Below the pieces are notes generated by a model. It did no database searches and was not told the DNA's origin. It saw only the letters and a program-made list of their open reading frames with translations. From a virus (taxonomy: Duplodnaviria > Caudoviricetes), in the IMG/VR virus record IMGVR_UViG_3300033463_000015: a stretch of 64,000 nucleotides of DNA; one strand, 5' to 3'. The translations under genes and the position numbers were made by a program. Of the stretch, positions 17,422-25,845 are shown piece after piece. How positions within the stretch are numbered: position 1 is the first letter of the stretch; every line of letters begins with the position of its first letter.

Positions 17422-17889
17422 GTTTATTTTCTTAGACATTTAGTTGATGGCGTTCTAAATTCAACAGACTTTGATAAGTTTTGCACAAATAATGAATTCA
17501 AGGAGTGGTGGAGTTATGGCTTGCTAGATCAAGAGTGTGTTCTACTACTAAGACGTTTAGTAAAAATTACTGGTGCTAAAATTGTCTTGTGCTCTTCTTG
17601 GCGCACCAGTTATGAGCATATGGCTCGTTTAAGTCAGCAGCTTGAACTTTATGGCCTTAGTATTTACGGCACCACAAATGAAAATTCAACTATGGGTCGC
17701 GGCCAGCAAATTATGGAGTGGGTATATAACCACGAAAATTGTGATAACTTTGTTGTGCTTGACGATGATAATACTATTCACGATTACCCGCCCGAGACCG
17801 AAGTGACTAGCCATCTTGTTGTTCCGTCTTATGAGGTGGGACTTACTGAGAAAGATTTTGAAGCGGCACTAAAAATTTTGGGGCGATAA
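17414..17889 (+). pseudogene. HAD-domain protein (HAD_SAK_2-like) interrupted by 5 extra nt in motif I; pseudogene or recoded gene
   Basis: MSKFIFLDI, then TAGTT, then DGVLN...IVLCSSWR...RGQQI..W...FVVLDD in another frame. Confidence 0.6.
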
Positions 17890-17912
17890 GCCCCTTTTCT
17901 ATTGGAGGATTT

Positions 17913-18110
17913 ATGTGGTATCTAATTGCTTTTATTGGCGGTATGCTAGTGGGTTTAGCTACTAGGAAGCCGCTAGATGCGCTAAGATTGCGGCATAAGC
18001 GCTGTGAAGGTTATAAAGCTGCGGTAGATGATATGATTACGTTCTGCTATTGGCGTGAAAATGGTGGCACTGGCGCACGGCATACTGGAGTTTGGTTTCC
18101 AGATGATTGA
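17913..18110 (+). CDS. Small membrane-anchored protein
   Basis: RBS GGAGG. Hydrophobic N-terminus. Confidence 0.6.
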   Translation: MWYLIAFIGGMLVGLATRKPLDALRLRHKRCEGYKAAVDDMITFCYWRENGGTGARHTGVWFPDD

Positions 18111-18169
18111 CTTTTTTCAAATTTTGAGTATAATATAAGTATAAGAAAAATAGAAAGGGGAAACCTTAT

Positions 18170-18406
18170 ATGACTGCGAAAGAGGCGTATGATATGGCTA
18201 AGCCTAAGTATGATCAACTGTGTGAGCGGCGACTTAATTTTATTCTAAGACAAATTGAAGCATGCGCCAAACGCGGTGAATTTTCTTATGTTGGGATTAT
18301 ATATCCTGAGAATATAATTGTACTTGAAAAACTTGGTTATACTGTATATAAAACTCGTTATAACGGAGAATTTTATGAAGTTGAAGTTAATTGGAGGAAT
18401 GTATAA
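18170..18406 (+). CDS. Hypothetical protein
   Basis: Promoter at 18107. LEKLGYTV...VNW. Confidence 0.65.
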   Translation: MTAKEAYDMAKPKYDQLCERRLNFILRQIEACAKRGEFSYVGIIYPENIIVLEKLGYTVYKTRYNGEFYEVEVNWRNV

Positions 18407-18669
18407 TGGAAATGTTTATGAGAGCAAGTCAGGCTCGTGAAGAGACTAAGGAAGTTGTATCTACTCGTGTTGACCCCGTCGTAGAAATTGTTAAGAATGC
18501 TATTCTCGCCGCTATTAAGGAAGGCGAGTATAAGTGTATCGTAATGGAGAACGTGCCGCGTAGTGTGCGGTCAATGCTTGAGGCCAGCGGCTATGAGGTG
18601 TCCAAGTATCTTGACGTGACGCATGAACCTGTAAGGGAAGGTTGGAAGATTAGTTGGGAGGACGACTAA
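18406..18669 (+). CDS. Hypothetical protein (similar to 18170)
   Basis: LEASGYEV...KISW. Confidence 0.65.
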   Translation: MEMFMRASQAREETKEVVSTRVDPVVEIVKNAILAAIKEGEYKCIVMENVPRSVRSMLEASGYEVSKYLDVTHEPVREGWKISWEDD

Positions 18670-18932
18670 TGGAAGACAAGGTAAAGCCGCGTAAGTGGAT
18701 TGAAACTATCCCCGGTATGTGGATGTGCGGCAACTGCGGCGAAGTTATCAATGTCTTTATGATTAAATGTCCAAAGTGCGGAAAGGAAATTGCTTGGGAC
18801 GGACGTGAAAGCACGGCTCATCGAATGAACGATGAGAATCAGGATGTTGAATGTGGTGAGAAAACATTAACAAAGAAAATTGATCCTAAAAAGCAAGTTC
18901 CGCCACCAAATAAAAAAAGAAAGGGAAATTAA
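18669..18932 (+). CDS. Zn-ribbon protein
   Basis: CGNCG...CPKCGKEIAW. Confidence 0.6.
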   Translation: MEDKVKPRKWIETIPGMWMCGNCGEVINVFMIKCPKCGKEIAWDGRESTAHRMNDENQDVECGEKTLTKKIDPKKQVPPPNKKRKGN

Positions 18933-18934
18933 TT

Positions 18935-19144
18935 ATGGATATGAAAATTGAAAACGCAATCCTGTGGGGTCTGGTAAATCTCGCTGAAGAAGGTGGCACT
19001 GATTTTAATCAGTGGTTTGAAACGGAACTTGATGAGTATGCTGATGAGATCCGGAAGATGGATTATTGGCAGAGTATTTTGTTCTGCGCGGGCCATCATT
19101 TTGGATTGCTTGGTGACCATAGCGATACGGAGAATATGCCTTGA
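18935..19144 (+). CDS. Hypothetical protein
   Basis: Coupled ORF in the operon. Confidence 0.6.
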   Translation: MDMKIENAILWGLVNLAEEGGTDFNQWFETELDEYADEIRKMDYWQSILFCAGHHFGLLGDHSDTENMP

Positions 19145-19356
19145 TGGATAAAGAGATTTATGAAATTATTGAAGAGACGGTAGATAAAATTGCTCGCGAA
19201 ACCGCAGGCTACTATGTTACTGGCACTTGTATGTGGTGCGGCGGCCATAATAGGGAAGTGCAATACTATCCTTTTTAGCGTGATGGCTGCTTCTATATTA
19301 GTTTGATTTGTAAAAAATGTTTGGAAGAGGTAACCGAAAATGGCAGACTCCTGTGA
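19144..19356 (+). CDS. Zn-finger protein, 70 aa with 1 TAG
   Basis: CMWC and CKKC lie on either side of an in-frame TAG. Confidence 0.6.
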
Positions 19357-19552
19357 AAAAATTATTGAACATCTGTATGAGGCTACAGATAATCGCGTGA
19401 TTGGGGTCAATGAAGAACTTGGCCCTATTTGTTCTATTCCCGCTATTTGGCTTTATGATGCGGCAGCAACTCTTAAAGTTCAGCAGGGTATTATTGATGA
19501 GTATAAGAAAGCGGATACTTTTCTAGCTATTCACGGATGGAAATGGAGATAA
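19340..19552 (+). CDS. Hypothetical protein
   Basis: RBS GAGG. Confidence 0.6.
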   Translation: MADSCEKIIEHLYEATDNRVIGVNEELGPICSIPAIWLYDAAATLKVQQGIIDEYKKADTFLAIHGWKWR

Positions 19553-19558
19553 ATAAAT

Positions 19559-19822
19559 ATGGATAATATTGAAGCTATAAAAATTGTAGAAAGAGAAAAG
19601 AATAGATTTCTTGATAATTATGTAGATTTTAGTGGAACTGAAGAAGCATATAATCGCGCCGTCGCAGCCTTAAAGCGACAGACACCTACCCCGGTAGTGC
19701 ATACATATATGGGTAATGGTATTGTATTATTTACTTGCCCTGAATGTAAAACTTTAGTTCTTTATACTCAGCGATTTTGTAATACATGTGGACAGAGGTT
19801 GAAGTGGGATGAGAACAATTGA
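19559..19822 (+). CDS. Zn-ribbon protein
   Basis: CPECK...FCNTCGQRLKW. Confidence 0.7.
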   Translation: MDNIEAIKIVEREKNRFLDNYVDFSGTEEAYNRAVAALKRQTPTPVVHTYMGNGIVLFTCPECKTLVLYTQRFCNTCGQRLKWDENN

Positions 19823-20171
19823 CGCGGACGCATTGCTTGAAACGATAGAAGATCATGTAACTACTGTATCATGTTGCCCAACTGTTGATTGGTCGATGGG
19901 CAAAACTCAGATGAAAAAACAGGTTATCGAAGACATTCGCAATGCTCCAACCATCAGTGGCTGGGTCAACTTCAAGGACAGGCCGCCTGACGAAGGACAG
20001 CATGTTGTAGTTCAACACGAAGTAAATGGCATCCATTACCAAGATGTTGCACATTATCTTTGCGAAAGATGGTGGTTAGACGGTATGTATAACGGCGTGG
20101 AACTCAATGCGATTCGCTGGTATTCGTTTCCAGAACCGGAGGAAGAGGTGACCGAAGATGGACAAAGATGA
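19809..20171 (+). CDS. DUF551-like phage protein
   Basis: MRTIDADAL...NAPT..WVNFKDRPP...RWYSFPEP. Confidence 0.6.
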   Translation: MRTIDADALLETIEDHVTTVSCCPTVDWSMGKTQMKKQVIEDIRNAPTISGWVNFKDRPPDEGQHVVVQHEVNGIHYQDVAHYLCERWWLDGMYNGVELNAIRWYSFPEPEEEVTEDGQR

Positions 20172-20440
20172 GCTGAAAAAGGCGCTATGCACTTTGGAAG
20201 ATCAATTAACCATTATTAAGTGGAACATATATCCGATGAGCAAGGATTTCGACTGGATAGAATCGGCAATCAGAATTATTGAAACTATAGTGACGAGAAT
20301 GTCTGCGGACAAGGAGGCAACTGAGGATGAATGAAAGATTTTGGTTCTTTGTCTTCGGACTCTGGAGTGGGCTAGTAATCGGTGCACTTATCGTAGCATT
20401 AAAAGGGTGACCGAGAAGTGAAGAATTGGAGGATTAAGTA

Positions 20441-20785
20441 ATGTCAGACATGATTAATGCCAAGAAGATTGTTATTGTACAAGACTGTGTTGTTGGCAAG
20501 AAATGCGATATTTGCGGAAAAGAAATTCCGCCTACGGTTATTCCACACAAATATGGAGATCCGGTTTATGACTATTATGAAATCACAACGCACCACAATG
20601 ACTGGGGAAACGACAGCATTGACAGTTACGAGCACTTTGATGCCTGTTCGCCGGAATGTGCCTATAAACTATGGGACGAATATATTCATAATTCTAGGGG
20701 AGTAAGGAACACAAGGTGTATTGAGGTTGAGCATGTAAACTGCTGGACGCTGGAAGATACGGAGGCGAGCGAGGATGATGCCTGA
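20441..20785 (+). CDS. Cys-containing hypothetical protein
   Basis: CDICGK...THHNDWGNDSIDS...CSPEC. Confidence 0.7.
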   Translation: MSDMINAKKIVIVQDCVVGKKCDICGKEIPPTVIPHKYGDPVYDYYEITTHHNDWGNDSIDSYEHFDACSPECAYKLWDEYIHNSRGVRNTRCIEVEHVNCWTLEDTEASEDDA

Positions 20786-20899
20786 CTGGTTCAATAATTA
20801 TGTCGGCCCGATCATGTTAACAATTATGATGTTGGCTTGCGCGGTGGCGGTTGTGGCGTTGGTTGTATGGTTGTTTAAAACTTGGAAGGAGTGAGCAGG

Positions 20900-21184
20900 A
20901 TGCCTGATTGTATGAGTTTCCCTGATAACATTATGGATTTCATTGATGACTACAGCTTTGAAGACAGTGACCATGTGTATACAAATGGGAGCAAATTAAT
21001 TTAGTCATTCAGAGTAAAACAGGCAGTAGAACACTACTTCCGAGAGCAAGAGCCAGTAAAGCCAGAATTGCGTATGAGCAAGCACGGATTTAGACAATGG
21101 ATTGTATGCGGAAATTGCTATGAAAAGATATATAGCGGAGACGATTATTGCCGCCATTGCGGGAAGAAGGTGAAATGGAATTGA
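20900..21184 (+). CDS. Zn-ribbon protein, 94 aa with 1 TAG
   Basis: Reads through TAG to CGNC...YCRHCGKKVKW. Confidence 0.6.
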
Positions 21185-21393
21185 AATGGGAAGATTTTAA
21201 GAATTATTATTCAAGTATGAATATGCTTTCTAATAATTATGCGCAGACAGATATAGAATGCCCCGAATGCGGCAAGTTCTTATTTGAAAGAAGAGATATA
21301 GTTTTAACAAGTTATCCTCCTCAATATCAATATGAATGTGCATGTGGATTTGTAGGATATTCTCATAAAGATTGGGAAAATAAATTGGATTGA
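21175..21393 (+). CDS. Zn-ribbon protein
   Basis: CPECG...LTSYPPQYQYECACG. Confidence 0.65.
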   Translation: MELKWEDFKNYYSSMNMLSNNYAQTDIECPECGKFLFERRDIVLTSYPPQYQYECACGFVGYSHKDWENKLD

Positions 21394-21404
21394 GGCGATA
21401 ATAA

Positions 21405-21611
21405 ATGGATAATACAATAGATTTTATTGACTGTATGCGCTCTATGCTATAGGATATACATGAAGAGCAAGAACGAATTGTTAGATGGCTAGGTAAGTTC
21501 TGTTCTCATGTAGATAATGATTTTAGACCATTACCTGATAAAGAAAATACAAAGTTCTTTCAGGATAAGATGAATGAACAATTTGGGTGGGACGTTGATA
21601 TAGATGAATAA
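21405..21611 (+). CDS. Hypothetical protein, 1 TAG
   Basis: Fills the gap only with TAG=Gln. Confidence 0.5.
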
Positions 21612-21924
21612 TTTAGAAGCAATTTATAATGAAGTTGAACAATTAAAAGATTTTGATTCTTATACTCCTTATCAGCAGCGTTGTAATAAACTTTTGCATA
21701 TGATAGAGGATTTTTAGGACCATACTACAATCGTAGATAATCAATTACTACAAAAATTTTGGAATGCTTTCTATAAAGAAGAGGATGAATGGGAAAAACT
21801 TTTTGTTGGCACTTCAAATCACGAGAAATGGTTCACATCTTATCGACCTTGGTTACAAGCGGGATTTGAAATTGCTATTAAAGTATTATTACAGGAGATT
21901 GATAAACAAAATGGAACTAATTGA
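21604..21924 (+). CDS. Hypothetical protein, 1 TAG
   Basis: Overlaps its neighbours by a few nt when TAG is read through. Confidence 0.55.
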
Positions 21925-22153
21925 TCGTGATGAATTACTAATAGAAGTTATGGGTATAACTGATGGATGGCTTCGGCCGCCGAAGAATTGGAAATGGTAT
22001 GAAGATTCTATTAGAAATGCACCGCAAGCCTCCTGTGCTAACTGTAAATGGTATAGTGGCGAAACCTGCGTCAATTTTTATTCAGATTGGTGTGATGACT
22101 TTAGAACACCAGATAAATTATGTGAATGTTGGGGGTATAAAGATGGAATTTAA
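21911..22153 (+). CDS. Cys-rich hypothetical protein
   Basis: MELIDRDEL...CANCKW. Confidence 0.6.
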   Translation: MELIDRDELLIEVMGITDGWLRPPKNWKWYEDSIRNAPQASCANCKWYSGETCVNFYSDWCDDFRTPDKLCECWGYKDGI

Positions 22154-22484
22154 ACATACAGTTGATTTAAAGTGGGAGCATAAGTATCCTGTCATTACCT
22201 TGTGCGGCAGCACCCGCTTCAAACCTTACTTTGAAGAAGCTAATCGCATCCTTACACTCAAGGGGTGTATTGTAATTAGCGTAGGGTGCTTTGGCCACGC
22301 AGGTGATGTGTTTACAGACGAGCAGAAAGAAATGCTCGACGACATTCATAAGAGAAAGATTGATATGGCGGATGCGATTTATGTTATTAACAAAGATGGT
22401 TATATTGGTTCATCGACTAAAAGTGAAATTGAATACGCTAAAGAACACGGTAAGGGTGTATATTATATGGAGGAAATGGAATGA
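22143..22484 (+). CDS. Nucleoside 2-deoxyribosyltransferase-like (NDT/DUF4406-type fold) protein
   Basis: VITLCGSTRF...HKRKIDMADAIYVIN..GYIGSST..EIEYA...GK. Confidence 0.6.
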   Translation: MEFKHTVDLKWEHKYPVITLCGSTRFKPYFEEANRILTLKGCIVISVGCFGHAGDVFTDEQKEMLDDIHKRKIDMADAIYVINKDGYIGSSTKSEIEYAKEHGKGVYYMEEME

Positions 22485-22741
22485 TTAACAGATATGGTTG
22501 GATTTGCCCACAGTGCGGCCGCGTATGGGCACCTACAATTACAAAGTGTGGCCCTTGTGAAGTAGTAGCAACCGGTGCCCATAATGTAAAACATAAATGG
22601 CCCCCGGTGGAAGATGATGATGAAGATGAGTATTGCACTTGCTATCACGAGGGTGAGTGTTGGGGCACTAAAGAACGGGATCAGGTTAATTGCGGCGGCA
22701 AGCCTGATAAATGCGAGAGATATGAAAGTGATTGGAGGTAA
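22481..22741 (+). CDS. Cys-rich hypothetical protein
   Basis: GWICPQCGRVWAP...C. Confidence 0.6.
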   Translation: MINRYGWICPQCGRVWAPTITKCGPCEVVATGAHNVKHKWPPVEDDDEDEYCTCYHEGECWGTKERDQVNCGGKPDKCERYESDWR

Positions 22742-22746
22742 TTGAT

Positions 22747-22938
22747 ATGGAAGAAGTTACTTATACTATTAGATGTGAAGGTGACATTGTTGCTAAAAAT
22801 GTGCCTGAATACTATGCTTGTATGATTATTCAGTCTATTATGACTAGATTTCATAGATCTGCGGCCGCAGGTGATCTAAAGATTAATATTGAAGCAGAAA
22901 GCCATACGATGTCGCTTGATGATGACCTACCATTTTAA
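22747..22938 (+). CDS. Hypothetical protein
   Basis: RBS GGAGGT. Ends DDDLPF. Confidence 0.6.
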   Translation: MEEVTYTIRCEGDIVAKNVPEYYACMIIQSIMTRFHRSAAAGDLKINIEAESHTMSLDDDLPF

Positions 22939-22948
22939 GGAGTAATAT

Positions 22949-23284
22949 ATGAAATATAGAAATAAAATATTATCTGTTTCACTAATTGTAGTAGTATGCA
23001 TTGGTATGATGTTTCTGCTATGCGGATGTGAAGAGCATACTACCGGTAATCGTGTAACTTATGGCAAAGATGTACAAACTTTTAATTACGCTTATATTAA
23101 ACTAGATGGACAAGAAATTGTTAGTGGTTATGTTACGCAGTGGCGTGATTACGATGACAGCGATGTTGTCCAGGTGCTAATTGGCGGCAAGTATTATCTT
23201 ACTCATTATGCTAATGTTGTGCTAATTGCTGACCCAGAAATAGGAAGTATTGGTTATGATAGTGGTATTGTAAATCATAATTAA
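22949..23284 (+). CDS. Putative lipoprotein
   Basis: Basic N-terminus, hydrophobic stretch, LCGC lipobox-like motif. Confidence 0.6.
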   Translation: MKYRNKILSVSLIVVVCIGMMFLLCGCEEHTTGNRVTYGKDVQTFNYAYIKLDGQEIVSGYVTQWRDYDDSDVVQVLIGGKYYLTHYANVVLIADPEIGSIGYDSGIVNHN

Positions 23285-23295
23285 GGAGAATAGAA

Positions 23296-23526
23296 ATGAA
23301 GATTATTCGTGAGGGTGTAAAATCTCTATATAGGAATCCTATGGGACATAATGTTCAGTTTATGTGTGGAAAGTGTGGTTGCATCTGGGAAGCAGATGAT
23401 AGTGAATATGATAGAATTACAACGGCACATAATGAACACTATGCTCGACATAATTGTCCTACTTGTGATAACCTTACATATGAGCGAATTTGGAAGGTGA
23501 ATGAAGAACTATGGTCGGGTATTTGA
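23296..23526 (+). CDS. Zn-ribbon protein
   Basis: MKIIREG...CGKCGC...CPTC. Confidence 0.65.
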   Translation: MKIIREGVKSLYRNPMGHNVQFMCGKCGCIWEADDSEYDRITTAHNEHYARHNCPTCDNLTYERIWKVNEELWSGI

Positions 23527-23738
23527 TGAAAAAGGGAAACTATTATGTATGCTCCAATTGCAGAATGCGGCAGAAGGTAATCAAACCTTACTGCCCTTTT
23601 TGTGAATATGAACTTTCTAATTTTGAAACTGTAATTTTACAGGGTTATAAAGATTTGACTAATCCTCAAATTTCTGGTATAATATATACAGAAAGTGAGG
23701 AGGATGACGGGTATGGAGAAGAACATCAAGATTATTAA
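23526..23738 (+). CDS. Zn-ribbon protein
   Basis: CSNC...YCPFC. Confidence 0.55.
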   Translation: MKKGNYYVCSNCRMRQKVIKPYCPFCEYELSNFETVILQGYKDLTNPQISGIIYTESEEDDGYGEEHQDY

Positions 23739-24027
23739 CTACAAGGGTGAAGCTTTTGACACCGAGATGCCGTATGAGCACGTTGCGGCTATTGCTGTCA
23801 ACATTTGGAGTGGTGACGAGATGCTGACTATCTTTACCAATGACGGTGAAGTGCGTCAGTATGACGCCGCCGACTATCATTACTATCGTAGTGATGGCCA
23901 CTATGATGGCGCCTATGCCATCTACCCGAAGGACTTCGAGGAGTGGGACAAGCGCACTTTGCCCGACCCCTATATGGATGGCGGCTATAAGTATTGGGAG
24001 GATGGTGAAGATAGTGCAGGGAACTAA
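23713..24027 (+). CDS. Hypothetical protein
   Basis: Promoter at 23655, RBS GAGGAGG. Confidence 0.65.
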   Translation: MEKNIKIINYKGEAFDTEMPYEHVAAIAVNIWSGDEMLTIFTNDGEVRQYDAADYHYYRSDGHYDGAYAIYPKDFEEWDKRTLPDPYMDGGYKYWEDGEDSAGN

Positions 24028-24262
24028 AGAACTTCTTCTTAAGGTGCTGAAAGAGCAGATTGAAGACGCTGAATTTTTCAATAGCAATTATTGTAAAATG
24101 ACTCCTGTCTGGGTCTTTAAGGATACACTTGAACTCCTTCAGCCCGCTAAGCCTCCCAAGGCATCTCATCAGTGGGATAAATGCAACTACTGTGGCCGTT
24201 ATGTTTTTTACACTTGGAAGTGGTGTCCGTATTGTGGAAGGGGTATTAATTGGAATGAATGA
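24002..24262 (+). CDS. Zn-ribbon protein
   Basis: CNYCG...WCPYCGRGINW. Confidence 0.6.
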   Translation: MVKIVQGTKELLLKVLKEQIEDAEFFNSNYCKMTPVWVFKDTLELLQPAKPPKASHQWDKCNYCGRYVFYTWKWCPYCGRGINWNE

Positions 24263-24674
24263 CTCTCACCTGTTTAAGGCCGCACGCAAGGCAAGTAAGA
24301 ACGCCGATTACACCGGAGCTAATGGCGTTCAAATTGGGTGTGTGGCCGTCTATAAAGGAACCATTCTTGCTAAGGGATGCAATAGCGACAGAACTCATCC
24401 CACGCAGGAGCGATATAACCGTTTCAGGTATAAGAATGTGGGCAATAGATACTTGCCCGCTAAATGCCATAGCGAGATAAGAACCATTGAAAAACTGAAG
24501 TATCTTGACATTGATTTTTCTAAAGTCCATATCTATGTGTATCGTGAGTTTAAAAATGGAGAACTTGGCCCTTCTAAACCTTGTCCTTCTTGTGTTGCCT
24601 ATCTTAAAAGTATGGGCATCCAGCATATTCATTACACTGATGTTGATGGATACTATCATTTGAAGCTTGTGTAA
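24255..24674 (+). CDS. Zn-dependent cytidine/dCMP-deaminase-like protein
   Basis: IGCVAVYKG..LAKGCN, H-x-E (HSE) and PCxxC (KPCPSC). Confidence 0.75.
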   Translation: MNDSHLFKAARKASKNADYTGANGVQIGCVAVYKGTILAKGCNSDRTHPTQERYNRFRYKNVGNRYLPAKCHSEIRTIEKLKYLDIDFSKVHIYVYREFKNGELGPSKPCPSCVAYLKSMGIQHIHYTDVDGYYHLKLV

Positions 24675-24685
24675 AGGAGAATATT

Positions 24686-25090
24686 ATGGATTTGTATGCG
24701 ACGCTTTTCCTAAAGAAGGACCTTGTGAAACGTTATATTGAAAAGCATTACGGTTTTATTCCTCGTCTGCGCGGCGTGCGTTTTATGCGTTATGAAGAGC
24801 CTAATGCGTGCGAAAGTATGGGGCGGCAGTCTGTGCTTTGGAGCGAGAACTGCGGCAAAGATGTAATCTATATTCATACACGCTGTGGCGGCGGTTATGA
24901 CGAAACAGATCCGGACAGCAACTACATTGCTTGCGGCGGCAAGGGTTGGGAAGAGGATAATAAGGATACCTTTATCGAATCTGTAGATGACTTTTATGAC
25001 TCTACTTATCGTGACCATTATTTTAGAGCCGTAATTGATGATGATTATAATGAAATTTGTAAACAGCTTGAAGAAGGAGTATTGATTTAA
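24686..25090 (+). CDS. Conserved phage hypothetical protein
   Basis: IYIHTRCGGG...DDFYDSTYRDHYF. Confidence 0.7.
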   Translation: MDLYATLFLKKDLVKRYIEKHYGFIPRLRGVRFMRYEEPNACESMGRQSVLWSENCGKDVIYIHTRCGGGYDETDPDSNYIACGGKGWEEDNKDTFIESVDDFYDSTYRDHYFRAVIDDDYNEICKQLEEGVLI

Positions 25091-25092
25091 AA

Positions 25093-25413
25093 ATGCTATA
25101 TCGAGACAGTGATGATGCGGTCTATGCCTATGGCTCTAACGAAGTGAAGCCTATTAATTATGAGGAAGAGCCATATACGTTCTGGAACCTAGTAGATGAG
25201 TATGGCGAAAGTTATGCCAATACTCATCCAGATACAGTAGTAGAAGCAATGGAACAGTATCATTTCTTTTATAACGCTAAGTCTACCGAGCGTGCGGCCA
25301 TCAATAAGTTTTGGTCTCTATCTCGTGAAGAGCGTGTAGATGTTCTTTATGAATACTTTAATGAGAATATTGACTATTGGCAGAAGGAACTTGAGAAGGA
25401 GAAAGATGTATGA
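25093..25413 (+). CDS. Hypothetical protein
   Basis: RBS AAGGAG. Confidence 0.65.
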   Translation: MLYRDSDDAVYAYGSNEVKPINYEEEPYTFWNLVDEYGESYANTHPDTVVEAMEQYHFFYNAKSTERAAINKFWSLSREERVDVLYEYFNENIDYWQKELEKEKDV

Positions 25414-25808
25414 GTTATACTACTAAGTATTACATTAATGAAGAGAAGCGAACTATTGTTTGTGTGCTTGAGAGCAGCCCTTTTGATGCGCTAGACTTTG
25501 TAGAAAAGAGCGGGCTTCGTTTTGTGTTTAAGGATGAAAGGCACCTGCGCGTGATGCCAACTCGTTTTGTAGGAGTTGCTAAGTGTGCGCCTGAAGATAC
25601 TTATGATGAGCATATTGGTAAGCTAATTGCCTTTGATCGCGCCAAGGAAAAGTATGATCTAGCCTTTATTCGTGCGGCTGACGCAATGCTTGATTATAAG
25701 CTTGGAGCACTACACGATTGCGAGCGGCGACTTGATAAGTATATTGAGAAGGCTTCACAGCATCATTATAAGCGTGAAGATGAAATTGAAGATTATATGA
25801 ATAGATAA
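25410..25808 (+). CDS. Conserved phage hypothetical protein
   Basis: GVAKCAPEDTYDEHIGKLIA motif. Confidence 0.7.
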   Translation: MSYTTKYYINEEKRTIVCVLESSPFDALDFVEKSGLRFVFKDERHLRVMPTRFVGVAKCAPEDTYDEHIGKLIAFDRAKEKYDLAFIRAADAMLDYKLGALHDCERRLDKYIEKASQHHYKREDEIEDYMNR

Positions 25809-25845
25809 AAAAATAAGAGGGGACCATCAGGTCCCCTCATTTTTT
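25807..25845. terminator. Bidirectional intrinsic terminator
   Basis: A-run, GAGGGGACC-ATCA-GGTCCCCTC, T-run, between convergent genes. Confidence 0.8.
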
